64,000 nt of DNA from Ramazzottius varieornatus. Lineage: Eukaryota; Animalia; Tardigrada. Both the position numbers and the translations under genes were made by a program. Below the pieces are notes generated by a model that worked only from the letters and a program-made list of their open reading frames with translations, was not told where the DNA came from and ran no database searches. Numbering within the stretch: the first letter of the stretch is position 1; every line of letters starts with the position of its first letter. The stretch spans positions 4,199,158 through 4,263,157 of the forward strand of contig BDGG01000003.1 in the NCBI GenBank assembly GCA_001949185.1, in the 5' to 3' direction. Shown piece by piece: positions 1-12,751 of this stretch.

Positions 1-916
1 ATGTTGGTCCCCGTCGAATATGGAATACGTTGCAGTACCGTTGTAAGTTCGCCGTTAGCATACTCCGGCTTCATGTGGTTTCTGCGGACAGCTCGGACGT
101 TTTGGAGTGGTTAACCCGTCGACTATTTTTTCAGTACATGTTGGTAACTTGAAAGCTGAAGGTGCGTCTGAGGACTGGGAAGACGAACTGTCTAAACTGG
201 CGGAAACGGTCCAGAAGGTTCGTCTCGATTAGAGACGTCACCGCGGATTCCACATACACTTTATTGTATTGCCTGAAGTTTTTTCGCGTTTTACTTTGGT
301 TTCCAAACTATTGTTTACAATTCTCGTGGACTATTCTCGTTTCATCGATAAATTTGCGGTGGTATCTTGAGGTTTCAAAACTTTGTTGTATATTTTTACG
401 GGTTTAGAGTTTTTGTTTCAGCGTTTCGGGCAGTATTGTTATTTTATTTTTCTTGTGCTCATTCATCCATGCGATCAAATCAGCTTAATATCTTGATCTT
501 ACTTTTGCTATTATAGTTTGGTCGCCATCCCGTTCGGTCAGTTGTGTGAGCCTGAGTTCCCTCGAGTGGCCGGGTTATTGCTGTCAGAAGTGTGATCAAG
601 CACTCAGGACAAGCCTCGAATATAGTATGACATGACATAACATAACATAACATGCCATGATCGATCGAACGAAAACAAGGTTGTAAAATTAAGGCCTAGG
701 TCGTCGTGGAGTTCTTGCATTCCTCGCGAAATTCGGTGCCAGAAATCTGTCTCAGACTGTTCGCTTCGTACCATCAAGTTGTAGGTACCAATGTTGTACC
801 CTGGAGGGCTCGGTATTCGATACTTCTCCGTTGAAGCTTACTTTTCCAGATTGACTGATGACCATCTCGCTGATGCTGCATATGATTCAAGTGACGCAGC
901 AGAACTGCGGATATCG

Positions 917-1800
917 ATGTTCCTCAAGCTGAGCTTCTGCATTGTGGCGCTGCTCACCCTCATCTTTCTCTTTCTGGACCGTATTGAGACAACAGGTAGG
1001 TCTGTTTGCACGCGTATAAGATGAAAGATAAGTCATCCACACGGATGAATGTTCTGTTTTAAAGCCATTGAAGAGAATTCCAACGAACAATATTACCGTG
1101 GGCCACCTGCTGAATTGGACTACTTCGATTTCGTCGCCAGAGCCATAGGAGCTGACATTCTCGAAGACGCTCCTCCTTCAAAGGCTAAACCAACAGAATC
1201 AGATCAGCACCGCGAAGTGGTCGAGACCGTCAAGGAAGAATCAGTGTCCGTTGCAGCTGCTAGAGACAAACTTACTACTGTAGCTGACGAGAAAGAGGTT
1301 GTACTTGAGCAGAAGAGTGTGGTTTCTACGCTAGAACACCACTGGGATACCGTAGAGGCTCAGGATTTGTGGGACTTGTTCGACGTTGGTGCATACATAA
1401 CGATTCTCTTCCCTGATCCGTTCCAAGCCTACGTCTTCTCTGGGCTGTTGGTCTGGTTACTTTCCGCGCTGGTTCTACTCCGTCGTGAGTGGAAAAAGTC
1501 CAGCAGGATTGTGCTTGAAGTGTACCTACAACAAGGAGCAGGTTTGTCCTGTTCTGTGAATGTGGTCATGTGAGACACAAGCTCGACAAAGTTGTTTTTC
1601 CAAGTGGCGCACCTTCTCAGTGAATAACACTGTTAATTGTGCACTACTTGACGAATCAATATTGTCGACGTTGTTTGATGAGCTCTTATCCTATCAGAGC
1701 TATCACCGATTTTTTATGTCTTACAGAAGCGACTCAGCTTGTGGAGGACAGATACAAAGACCAGCTGAACCTTCCCGGGGAATATTCTCTGTTAGCTTGA
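917..1800 (+). CDS. Orphan single-pass (type I) membrane protein, about 209 aa, 3 exons (917-995, 1065-1541, 1727-1800)
   Basis: Hydrophobic N-terminus MFLKLSFCIVALLTLIFLFL; GT-AG introns 996-1064 and 1542-1726 keep frame with ORF 1049..1573; C-terminal TM AYVFSGLLVWLLSALVLL followed by RRE; stop TGA 1798-1800. No family recognised. Confidence 0.6.
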
Positions 1801-1833
1801 AGGTTCTTCGTACCCATCCAGCACAAAGCAGGA

Positions 1834-3787
1834 ATGTCTGCGCTGAAGAAGTTTTTTGACAAGGTCAAGAAAGATACTAAGTTTAAGAAGGCCGGTGAAG
1901 GACGTTCGCTGCGTGATGAAGATGACCGACCACGCGTTCGACCGGAAGTATCGCATTCTCAAGCTTCGGTCTCCGCTCCTCGCAAAACCAACGTAGACAG
2001 CAACCAGAAGGCAGCTCAAGCAGCCCTCGCTCGGTTGGAATCCAAGATGGGCGCCATGGGCCATAACGCGAATTTACTGAAAGAAGTCTACACCGAAATG
2101 GGCTTCAGCAGGGTAAGAAACATTTTATCCAGGCAAGCCAATTCGACAATCGCTTTAGGTAACAATGAGGTTGTGCGTGGCTTGGGAAAACAGCCTTGTC
2201 GACCTTTCCAAGTGGCGCACGTCGCCAGCCTACAACATCGACTGTTTGCGCCTCTTGGAGAACAACTTGACGAGTGGTTTACCGAAGTAACGAGGTTCTA
2301 AATATGGCAAAAATAAGTATTTGTTATTTTTCTTCAGGTGGAAGTTGAAGGAGGTACTGGTCATGTTCCTTCCTCTTCCCGCTTGGCCAACACCAGCGAG
2401 GCAGCCGAGCATCCAGTCCTGTCCGTCGAAGGTATCTTCTACAAGTGCCCAGTAATTGGGCCGTTCGTTCTACCTCGGGATGAGATGGAGAAGAGGATTC
2501 AGGAGTTTCTGAAGGAACAGTACGCGGTGGACCCGACCATCGCTTCGGCTGTTATGCTGGCCACATTCAACAAGGACACTGAGAAGCTAGACATGGGACG
2601 AGAAACTTTGCTCAAGTACCTGAACAACATCATCGAGCATCCGGAAGAAGAGAAGTATCGAAAGATTCGGGTTGGGAATAAGGCTTTTCAGGAAAGGGTA
2701 CTGGCGTTGACTGGCGCTGAAAAGTTCCTCGAAGCTGCTGGATTTCACAAGGTAGGAAATGTTCAGCTGGTCATGCGAGAGCATGACAAGATGTTTTCCC
2801 GAGTGGCCGACGTTGTCGGTGTAATTGGCTGAGAGAGTGCGCCACTTGTGAAACAGTCTTGTAGAGTCTGTTTGCAGGGCTCCCATATCTCGTCCTTGTT
2901 TAAGGTTTATGACTGATCATAATTCTTGTCTTAGGTACCGTTACCGCATGAAGGAAATGAAGAAGATTTCTACGTGATTTTCCCAGAAGAGAACACGGTG
3001 GAAAGGCTGAAAATGATGGCGGAGTTTCTGGAGCAAGCTGAACCGGTGATGGCGGAACTCGACCGCGGTCTTCGAGTCTTCAAACCCAGCGGAAGAGTTA
3101 CTCAATTCAACCTTCCTGATGCTTTCTACGACCGATCATCTGATGAAGTTCAGGTAGAAACAATCCCTTTGTGCTTGACATAGTTATGCATGAACGGACA
3201 TGCGAATTATGTGTTCTTTCACGGACCTACATACAGCAAATGCTAGTGTTGTAATTGGGAATCGGTTTGCAAGTACTTGCAACGGATAAACATTCGTCGG
3301 CCGGCCTTTCGTTTCAGTCATCTTCGTTCTGTACAAGGTTCCTCGTGCGTAACGAAGAGGTTTTTCATAGGATGAATACAAACGAAGACTGACCGAGCTG
3401 GAAAAGAATCAGACCTTACGGACCAAAGCTATGCGAGAAATGGACAAGCGCCCCGCAAGAAAGTATCGCTTCACCATTCTCCGCATCCGTATCCCTGGAC
3501 CCGATGGCGGTTACATCCTCCAAGGGACCTTCGGTGCATATGAGAAGATCTCGGCTGTAGTTGAGTTCGTCCGCGAGAATATGATCAACGAGCAGCTGCC
3601 CTTCGTGTTGACGACGGCGGTGGGCAACAAGCTGACCAACTTGGACGCTCGCCTCAACGAGCTGGACCTCGTTCCAGCCGCCGTCATGAACTTCCAGTCC
3701 CTCCTGCCTGCGCCACCTTCGGGAAGGACCTCGGACCTGCAGTTGCTGAAGGAAGAAACCCTAGCTATGATCCAGCCTGCCTCGTAA
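1834..3787 (+). CDS. UBXN6: UBX domain protein 6 (PUB + UBX, p97/VCP adaptor), multi-exon
   Basis: N-terminus MSALKKFFDKVKKDTKFKKAGEG, VIM-like AAQAALARLE, PUB domain LLKYLNNIIEHPEEEKYRKIRVGNKAFQERV, FNLPDAFY, LRTKAMRE, UBX domain with ILQGTF and LDLVPAAVMNF; ORFs joined by GT-AG introns. Confidence 0.92.
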
Positions 3788-4244
3788 CCGTTTGCTGGTT
3801 GACCCTCGTTCTGTACGTGATATTATAGCATGAAAATTAAAAAAATAATTGTAATTTCGCAGTTTTGAGGTACATCGCAGTATACGTGTCTTTCTTCCGG
3901 TAGATTTCTATATAACCTTTCAAGTTAGTCTTAAAAATGTTTTCTGGATTTTCTTGTGGTCACATCTTCGTTTTGGTCTTGAGTGTTTTCGATATAAATT
4001 CGATGATAAACCCAACATTCTTGTCTTATCCGTCCTTATCGCATTTATCGAAAATGCGGAGAAGGTCGCTGTGTGGCATTCTTTGGTCATTCACGTTCTG
4101 AAAGCGGAGGGGTAAATACTGGCTTTTTCTTTTCTGAACTGCGAAGGATACTGTGAAATTCCTTTGAAACGTAGTTTTTCCCTTGTCTGTCGTTTGGATC
4201 ATTTTCAGCTGGGATCTATTCACTGCACCCGTGTGCTGACAAGA

Positions 4245-5678
4245 ATGAGATATTTAGTGGCCTCTGTTCTCTTTATAGTCGTTTTGGTCAACGGTAAGCG
4301 GGCATCGCCTCTCTTCTTTCATCCTACGATGACATGAAGTGGTCAATATTCTTGCAGCTCAGATGTTTCCCAATGCCGGCGTGGGACCTGGCATTCCATC
4401 TGGTAAGGTCGTTATGCCCAAAGCTTTTTCCAACCGCCCGTAAACTGTTCTTGATCTCTTAGGACCCGGTCCAGGTACCGCCATGGGACCTAGTGGTCAA
4501 GCTTCAGCCGGAGCGCCAGCTGGAGCTGGAGGCGCTGGTGCTGGTGGAATGGGCGCTGGTGGTTCCTTCGGCCCTTCCGGATCGGGCATGATCCCACCCA
4601 ACCCTTACTTCGACCAGGCAGCTACTGCGCTTCCCGCCGCGCCCACAATGGATCCTAGCACGGAAAATTGCATCCTACAGGTAGGTAACGGAAGAAAGTA
4701 AAAACCAACTTGTCCAAATCACCAACGTTTCTCCCTTGTCATGTTGTCCTTTCTTTTAGTTTTGCGGATACGGATGCACTTCACCGACGTACGCTGCTGT
4801 CTGCAATTCGTAAGTCTGTATAATGTATCAAGATCCTCGTAAAATCGAGACTCATGGAATATCCGATGTAACACAAATGAAATTTCTCGCAGGTCAGCCA
4901 CAAACGTGGAAGTTAAAAAGTTCTTCCTTAAACTGCAGCTCTTCCAAGGAACCCTTCCTCTAGTTCTCATGCTAGAAGGCAAGCGAGATTTCCCCATGGA
5001 CCTATTTATGAGCGTTAAGGACAACCTGGTCAGCTTGATCATCGGGAAGTACGACCAGTTCAACACGGCCGCACTGAAGAAGCTCAACCTCCCCACGTTG
5101 CTGTCTCTCCAGTTTATGGAATGCAAGAACGTCACTGTAGGGCCCACAGACTTTGTAGCCTTCTCTCGCCTTCGACAACTGTCATTCATCAAGAGTCCCA
5201 TCTTTAGTCTGGCTAAGAAGGCTCTCCAACCCTTGACTGCCCTTCAACTGTTAGCCTTGGATGGGAAGTACGAGCCACCGTTCTCGCCGCTGGAAATCAA
5301 ACACTTGGAAGAGTTCCACTGCGATTGCAAGTAAGTCTTCCTTGACGGACCAGAACGATGCTGTGCGTAAAACACCAAATCAGTTTGTAATCTTAGCTGG
5401 AAAATGAGAAGTAGGACCACGTTCCTGATCTATTTTTGTCTGTTTGTACCAGATACGCATGGCTTCGGGATTACATCCGGAAAAACCCGCTACTGATTCA
5501 GCCCAAGAAGGAAGGCGACTTGTTCAAAGTCGGTATGCTGCACAGCGAAGCAACAGAACGAAGCGACATATTCTACCCGGTTAACTGTACCGTCGGAATA
5601 ACGGACGAACCGCTGGACTTCGAAGACGAAACTGCGACACCGGTCAATGTGCCATATTCGTGCGATGATATTTGCTAG
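4245..5678 (+). CDS. Secreted leucine-rich-repeat-like protein with Gly/Pro-rich N-terminus
   Basis: Signal-peptide exon MRYLVASVLFIVVLVN at 4245; Gly/Ala-rich ORF 4483; LRR-like LxxLxL segments in ORF 4906 (LPTLLSLQF, LRQLSF, LTALQLLAL); LRR C-cap-like FHCDCK|YAWLRDYI. Confidence 0.6.
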
Positions 5679-5968
5679 ATTTTGACAAGATACACTATAC
5701 CAAGTATCACCCTTTGAAATACTCTGCACTCGCTGCATTGACCAACGTGGCATGGGAGAAAGATGTATTGCTTTATTCAAACAAATAACTTTTTCTTCAA
5801 AAGAAGACCACAATGAAGCAGGAGACTAAATCAAAATCAACAAGTTACGTGGACACGGTTCTTCCCTTCCCAAGATTCAAAACGTAAAATATTTCTTAAG
5901 TTTTGAATGGGAGAATACACATGTAATACTTTTAGATAAATTTAACGAGTGTATTCTATGGATGAAAG

Positions 5969-8863
5969 TTAAGGGCGGTCAATGATGGTGACTTTGCCCC
6001 TGTTCCCTCCTTGGTATACGACGGACTTCTCCGGTTGCCGATTATTCACAGGCTGGTTCTCCGCGCTATCGGTATTCGCCGGTCCTTTCGAACGGGCTCT
6101 GGTTTCTGGGGCGACTGAGTTTGGCGAGAAGTATCCAGCTCGTTCCATGTGAGACTTTGCTGACTTGACCGTGGTTCCCCAGTGTCCATTCATCCTGCAG
6201 ACACAAACGAGTTTCGAGACACCACCTTAGGAAAACATTTGAAACAACAATATGAGTAGCCGGAACACTAAACGTATGCAAGATCGATCTTAATTTTAAG
6301 TGACGCACGCAGCCAACATCAATGAACAGGTGCGCCACTTGAGATAAGTGGCGCGCGATTCCAGCCAACACGCAAGAAAACTGCGCCACTTTGGAGAATT
6401 TTCTTGGGCGTTTCGTTTTCTGCTCTCCCAATATTTTTTTTTACCTACCAGTAATAAACCACAGAGTTTGTAGCGCTGTTCCCATGCGCCATCATGATGG
6501 CGATGAGATTCACCCATCTTGGTGGATCGATGGCTTTGTTGAGGCAAAAGAGTACTGCGATTGGACCCCATGACAATAGGAAAATGACGAAGAGCCTGAA
6601 GAGCGTCTTGACCAGCATGATTTCCTGCACCCAAGCGGAATGCTCGGTTGCTGAATCCGCCCTCTTTTTCGTGATGAGGCTTCTCGACAGCTTGGTTCTC
6701 CTTATTGTCAAGTAGATCTGGAAATAAGCGAAGAAGCAAAAGCTGATGGGAACCAGCACACTGACGACGGCATAGAAGAAGGAGTAGGACCATAGTCGAA
6801 GGTCCAGCCAACAGAGAAAATAGTTCTCATCATAGTAAGTTGATCCCCATCCCACCTGCGCAAGAAGGTCATGCGATAATATCCTGTATGGGAAGTTTGT
6901 ATTGACTTTCTAGATAAAAAGCCTTACATGGTTTCCCAAGTGGATAAGGTGAGCTAGTACCCACAGAGTAATCATCATTAAGATACAGTTGCGTACAGTG
7001 AACAGCTTCCGGTGTAAAGGCTGATGACAGATACAAAGGTACCTAAATGACAACGTTTAACAGTACACAATAAAATTGTAGTGAATCAGGATCTAAACCT
7101 GCCAGTGTCGGTACGCATCGGGAAAAGATGCGTGATCTACGGTAGCGGCACAACTGCGTAAAAATGCAGATGATTTGGGCACTGGCAAATGATTTCCACA
7201 CAGATCGGAAATCCACAGTGACGCACGTTCATATTACTCTTGGCTGAGAGCGTGCGCCACTTGGAAAAACTATCCGGATGCATTAGTATGCCCACGTCCC
7301 ATTTGCTGGACTTTATCACTTGTGTACAGTACGCACCGTTCAAACGCGATGGCCGCTATGGAAAACAGCGAGCTTGAGCAACCGGGAACACAGATAGTTG
7401 CGATGAAATGACATAGCGCTCCCTTTCCGTTCCAATACGCAGATGAGTTCAGAGCACCTGCAATCATATCACGAACCCTTGAGAGTCTCTTCGGAAAACT
7501 CCCTGATATTTCGTGCCAATATAAAAAGGGAAAGGTTCCGCACATCATCTTTCACCACCATGATCTCCTGATATCACCTTTCAACTCCAAACCCATCACC
7601 ACCGTTTACTCCGTACACCACTTTATAATTAAGGGCACCAGGGACTTCGAACACCACTTTTTGCCAGGATTGGTTTTCATTACTGAGTCTCAGAGAAGAA
7701 CGTTGGATCACGCTTCTATCGTGACACCAGGTGGCAAGACGTGTTTATTTACAGCGGGATCTTTATGATCGTGAGTCCTTCCTGTTCTCTGACCTTTCTA
7801 GAACACCGCTAACTCTTTGGTCATATTGATGGTAACCGGGGTACGATATCTCACTCTGGTACCAGGTCTTCCCCGACGGCGTGACAGTTTCTCGATCTTT
7901 TTACTGTTGGAACAGTCTAAAAACCACTTCCGCAGTTCTTTGCTTGAGAAGGACGCTGTCGCCGGGATAAAGGTGGTGCGCAGAGATTTTAAATTCTAAT
8001 TAATTAACGGTGGTGAACGAAACGGTGGTGAGAGGCGGTGTGCGGAGCACTTTCCATATCAAAAATGATGGATGGAAGTTTCGGGAATGTTTGTCGGCAA
8101 ATGGATGGAACCAGATCGTAAGCTCAAGTGGCGCACCTTATCATTGTTTTGGCTGAAAGTGTGTGGCCCTTGGGAAGCGGTCGGGTTGAGAATTTTTGTT
8201 CCACGCTCCAGTTGTTATCAAGATACTTGTTACAGATAATTCCAAACTTCGCGATATTTTCGTCAGGTTTTCCCCAGATATGTATCAAAAGTTTCACTAG
8301 GAAAAGCACGTTATGATATACTGTATTTAAGTGGATTAGGTATAAGAGGTCAAGTTGTTGCCCACATTTGTGTGGCCTTTGCATGGCTCGGAGGTTGAAA
8401 CTTGAAAGTACCATAATTAAATCACCTGCCTCAGGTTAGCGATTATCAGTGACAGTTGATCCTATAATTATTCGACCTGCACGTACCTAGGATGTTGAAG
8501 GGCATGCTAATGGAGTTGATCAGCAGGTCGCTGATGCCTAAGTTGAGGATAAACACGTGCTTGAACAACCGCAGTTCTTTGACGATTAGGATTGATCCAA
8601 TCACCTAAAGAATTATCAATAATGAAAGGTCAGATATTGCGTTTTCTCTATCGACGTTGAAGGTCGAAAGGCTGCCGCATTTTCCAACTTACAAAAAGGT
8701 TTCCAATGGTTCCCCAGAAAGACAAGAAGCTCATAAGCACACAAAAGGTAACCCGTAGCCACCATTCATCAAGCCGCGCATATTGATCGTCGGTGGAGTT
8801 GTCTTTCAGGTATTTCGAATTCGTGATATTGTCAAAAGTGAAGTTATTAGTAACAACGAACAT
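5969..8863 (-). CDS. Rhodopsin-family (class A) GPCR, melatonin-receptor-like, about 6 exons
   Basis: TM1 FWGTIGNLF, TM2 FILNLGISDLLI, TM3 end IAAIAFER|Y, ICHQ, TM5-7 in ORF 6445..6855 (SWGP; MAHGNSATNSVVY as an NPxxY variant). No TM7 lysine, so not an opsin. Confidence 0.85.
7529..8057. mobile_element. Non-autonomous inverted-repeat element (MITE-like) in GPCR intron
   Basis: Left GGAAAGGTTCCGCACATCATCTTTCACCACC is an imperfect inverted copy of right GGTGGTGAGAGGCGGTGTGCGGAGCACTTTCC; subterminal CACCACCGTT repeats on both sides; no clear TSD. Confidence 0.6.
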
Positions 8864-9599
8864 AACTTCAACTGAGCCAATAAAGGAAAAATCAGAAAAA
8901 AATATCCCAGTGTTTAAAAGGCCAAAAGGTTAGGGACAAAACTCGACGAGCTAACAGAGACACGATCCACCCCGCTCAATATACTGTAATCAGACGTACT
9001 GAGATACGAAAGAGATTAGTAAAGACCCAGGTTGCTTCCGGGCCAGGTTTACATGTGATCGACTTTCAACCTCGACGATGGGTAACGTCGCACGGAAGCG
9101 CGCGGTTGTTATGCAGTACAAACGATCGCGAGCGGGAAGCTCAGGGGGATACTCGTATGCTTGGTTGTATAATAGACACCTTGCGTTTTGCACAGATGGT
9201 TTGAGCAAACGACAGTCTGGCCAAAACGATTGCATTTAGAAATGTTTAAAGATTCAACATTAATAATTCGCTTCGCGATTGACGAAACGAAGGGGGGCTT
9301 CGTTCGTGAATCACGAAGAAAGTCACCCGTCGATTAGAAACTTGCCCGAGTTGTCTTCAGTTATACTCTGGCTGGCAGAAAGCATTGAAGAGCGTAATCT
9401 GTCCGGGCAATGCGGGGCTACCACTCCGGTCAATCAGGCAATCAAAATGCTTTTTGGCCAGCCCTTTTTTAACTTGGTGGGCAGATTACTACTGAGCAAA
9501 CTGCACTGTATATGCCATTGAGATTTCTCTGAATCATTATAACTTTTCTTCGTTCTTAAACCTGGTATCGCGTGCTGGTTCCCCTTACTTAGATCAAAG

Positions 9600-10558
9600 A
9601 TGACGACGGAAGTGAAGAAACGGGGAAGACCGCCAAACAGACTTGCTGCTGAGAAAGAGGCCGTGAATTTAGAGAAAGAAGCCGCAGCAAAGAGAGCAGT
9701 CGACCGTCGGCTTCAAATGGACTTGGAGCTATTGCGCTGAAGCAACAAGGAGAATCCTTTCCGTTATACCGTGAACAAGCGGAAGGACAGTTGGAGTTTG
9801 ATTGCGGTGGACGTGACAGCCCTGTTCGAAGGGGAGATCTTTGACGATCGCCGTTGCAGGGAAAGAGTCAGAATTCTGAAGGCACGCCGCGTCGAGGCTG
9901 ACAAGAAAGTTACTGGAACGGGCTCGTTGAACCTAACCGAAGCTGATACCCTTCTCAACAGCCTGATCGAATGTGAAGACTTTACAGCAAACAACGCGAA
10001 TGCCGAGAAGGAGAAAGAGGAGCAAAGTAAGCAGCTGACACAAGCCATTCAGAAGGATGCTCTAATAACTATGAGGGCGCGGGTTGAACTGGGTAACGGT
10101 GAGTGTTGATTGATTGGGCTTATCGTTGATTGACTTTCAGACTTACACATGTAAACAGCGTTTTAATTCTGTTTATAGATGTAGAAACGGTCAGTGGAAA
10201 CGAATCCAGTTCGCCAGTCCCAAAGAAGTATAGCCCTAAGAAGCCAGCAGCACGATTCATAAATCGTAAAGTAGAACCAGTCGATGAATATCTGGAAGGT
10301 AAGAAGATACAGCAGCTTAAGGAGCTAGATATGAAGATGGAGATGCACCGAGAAACTATGCTCGATAATGCCGCGGAACGAAGCATCCGACGAGAGTTCC
10401 TTGAATTCGATCGGGAAAAACTGCGAATGGAGGACGCGGACAAGGCTCGACGGTTCGAACTAGAGAAGGAAGGGAGAGAAAAGCGATTCCAGCTGGAAAA
10501 AGAAGAGCGGGATAGACAGTTTGATTTGATGCGCGATGTAATGTTGAGCAAGAAGTAA
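9600..10558 (+). pseudogene. Transposon accessory protein (Myb/SANT-like plus coiled coil), disrupted
   Basis: ATG 9600 MTTEVKKRGRPP (AT-hook-like) is in frame with ORF 9771 but interrupted by TGA 9737-9739; intron about 10099-10178; charged coiled-coil tail (RRFELEKEGREKRFQLEKEER) typical of Harbinger ORF2. Confidence 0.7.
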
Positions 10559-10590
10559 TCTCATGCCTCTTTTACAGCCTTACCTTGTTT

Positions 10591-11755
10591 CTAGTTATCG
10601 ATGTGATCTTCGGGGTAGTTCTCCAAGTACTCCGCGAGTGTCGGCGGTTCTACCGCAAAGTAGTTGGATGTTTGTGAACCATTCAGGCAAGTGTAACAGT
10701 TCGTCAGTAAAGTGGCTACTCGAAAGTACATTCCGAGAGGCTGGAGACCCAGCTTTAAGTCTTCCGGATAGTTATTGAAGGCAAACAGGTTTCCGACCTT
10801 CCCAAAACCCATTCAACGGAAATCCGAAGCGTCTTCATTGCCGCATTGCAAGCAGTTTCCAACGGAGAAGCATTGTACCTTACAGGACCGATTACTTGGG
10901 GTGTTGACCTGTAGGCCTGGTCGCCGTACAGGTAGTATCCGGTTTCCGGAGTGGATGTCAAAGTCCTGCTCTCTTTCATCATATCAAGAATTTCACTTCT
11001 GTAGAGTAGTTTGGCGTCATGGAAGCTTCCTGGTTCAGGACCGCACATCAGGTACATGATGCCACAAGGTGCCATCACTCCGGTATACTTCAAACCATAT
11101 TCTTCCTTATGCCCGGTGTAGCAAATATTCTGCGTCGCATAGTCCAGAGGCCTGTAAGTCAAGGTAAAGATCTTAAACATAGTTACGGTTCACATAGGAT
11201 CTCAAAGCAAGAATAGAGGCTGTTCCTAGCTTACCGACAGATCTCAATGTTGGTCCCGTGTACAAACCCCGCACATCTGTCGTACGGAGAACCCTTCTGC
11301 GAGACCGCCTCGACCCACAAAATCAATGTATTTGAGCTTATCCAAGGCTGTACGGTAGTACTCAGACGCCAACAGAATTTATCATGGACGTGCTTTAGGC
11401 TCTGGTTGAAGCAGCGAGATAAAACGCTGCGGTTTCTTCCGAACAATTTCTCCAAATCACAAAGACGGTTAGGGTAAGCAAGTCGCCTCAGCAGAATATA
11501 CAGGGCTTCCATTCCCGGAATGACATGCTAAGCGTCGGTATACATAAAATCCGGAAAATCAAGAGCTTCCTTTAGTATCTCAAGTTGATGGCTGGAAAAG
11601 CGGAAGTCTTCCAGGCAGTCTTAGCGAGACAGCTTGTAGAGGTCGAAATCTCCCGGTCGCATCTTGGCTTGGTCTGTCAAACGTCCTAGAATAACCAGCT
11701 CTTCCTCGTCGATGTCCCCTTCCTCACACATGATCACAAGTAACTTCTTATCCAT
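10591..11755 (-). pseudogene. Harbinger/HARBI1-type DDE_Tnp_4 transposase pseudogene
   Basis: Motifs LRRLAYPNRLCDLEKLFGR, GFVHGT (normally GFVDGT), YTGHK, GSFHDAKL, LYGDQAY, RISVEW; in-frame stops at 11621-11623 and 11528-11530; frameshift near 10810 (VEW/GFGKV); intron about 11152-11234. Confidence 0.88.
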
Positions 11756-12751
11756 ATCGAAAACACAAAGCACGTTCTAGAATACGAAATGAGCAACAGA
11801 AACAGAATAACGGCACGAGTTTCTTTGTTGTGTGCTGAATCTCAAATTCTTGTATTAACTTTACAGCTCGTTTGTCGGTCATTTGGCCGCGCATTTCGCA
11901 ACCTCTGAAAGGCTTCAGCGAAGGGATTTTTGAACTAGGATTTTCAAAAATCCTTAGCGAGCGTTCGTTAAATTCTTCTGCGCAAAACGCAAGGTGTCTA
12001 ATGCCGACTAACTACCGGTACGGTATCTTCCGTGAAATAATATTTAAACGAAACCATTGAAGGACGATGATGGGTGTATGGAGGATACTTTGGGTGTTTT
12101 GAGTATAGTGTACTTCGTTTACCTTCCGCACGCATAAATTCAGACACGAGATAGTCAAAACATCACACAAATGATAATTAAATTTTATCCACCTGTTTAC
12201 CAGGTCTGGTTTCTCACCGTTCTTCATAGTTGAACACGGAGTGGTCGATCCAGTTTGTATGTACACGCACGCCGGTAGAGTTTGGGCCAGGCGATTCCAA
12301 AAACAGCGGCACGGAAGTACGTACGTACGTGATTAAGTCAACTGGCTGTAAATTTAAAGCCTGTAATGCACTTCCCGACAATTTTCCACGGTTGAAGTTT
12401 GGCCTTACCGTCGTTTCCGTCTGGCTCAAACTTCATCGGCGTGCATGTACAGCGTATCACGTGCCAGGGAGTTCAGCAATAGCAACAATGCGCTTTTCAG
12501 GTAAAATTTTAAAGAACAGTAGGTCGATGGGTAGTGAAACGAACCGTAAACCACGATTCTAACAATTACGCTTTCGAACCAAAAGTATGCTCGGCCGGAT
12601 CCCGAACCTTAAAAATAGACCCGGGTAAAAGCTAGAGATTTATCAACTTACGCTAACTTACTATAGCGAGAAGTCGGATTTTATGTACGGCAGCCCATTT
12701 ATTTTTCACTACCGTACAGGGCGTGGGCAGCAGTTTGAATCTTTCGAGTTA

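Larger units (their letters stand above)
9174..11999. mobile_element. PIF/Harbinger-superfamily (PHIS) DNA transposon, full length but inactivated
   Basis: TIRs AGACACCTTGCGTTTTGCACAGA (9174) and TCTGCGCAAAACGCAAGGTGTCT (11999); 3-bp direct repeat AAT at 9171-9173 and 12000-12002; two convergent ORFs (DDE transposase plus accessory DNA-binding/coiled-coil protein). Confidence 0.9.

Noticed and set aside
551-614. CCTGAGT...ACTCAGG hairpin followed by ACA as an H/ACA snoRNA
   Set aside because: Only one hairpin; no convincing 5' hairpin or H box, and the host intron could not be defined.
5969-8863. GPCR as an opsin
   Set aside because: No retinal-binding Lys in TM7 (MMAHGNSATNSVVY).
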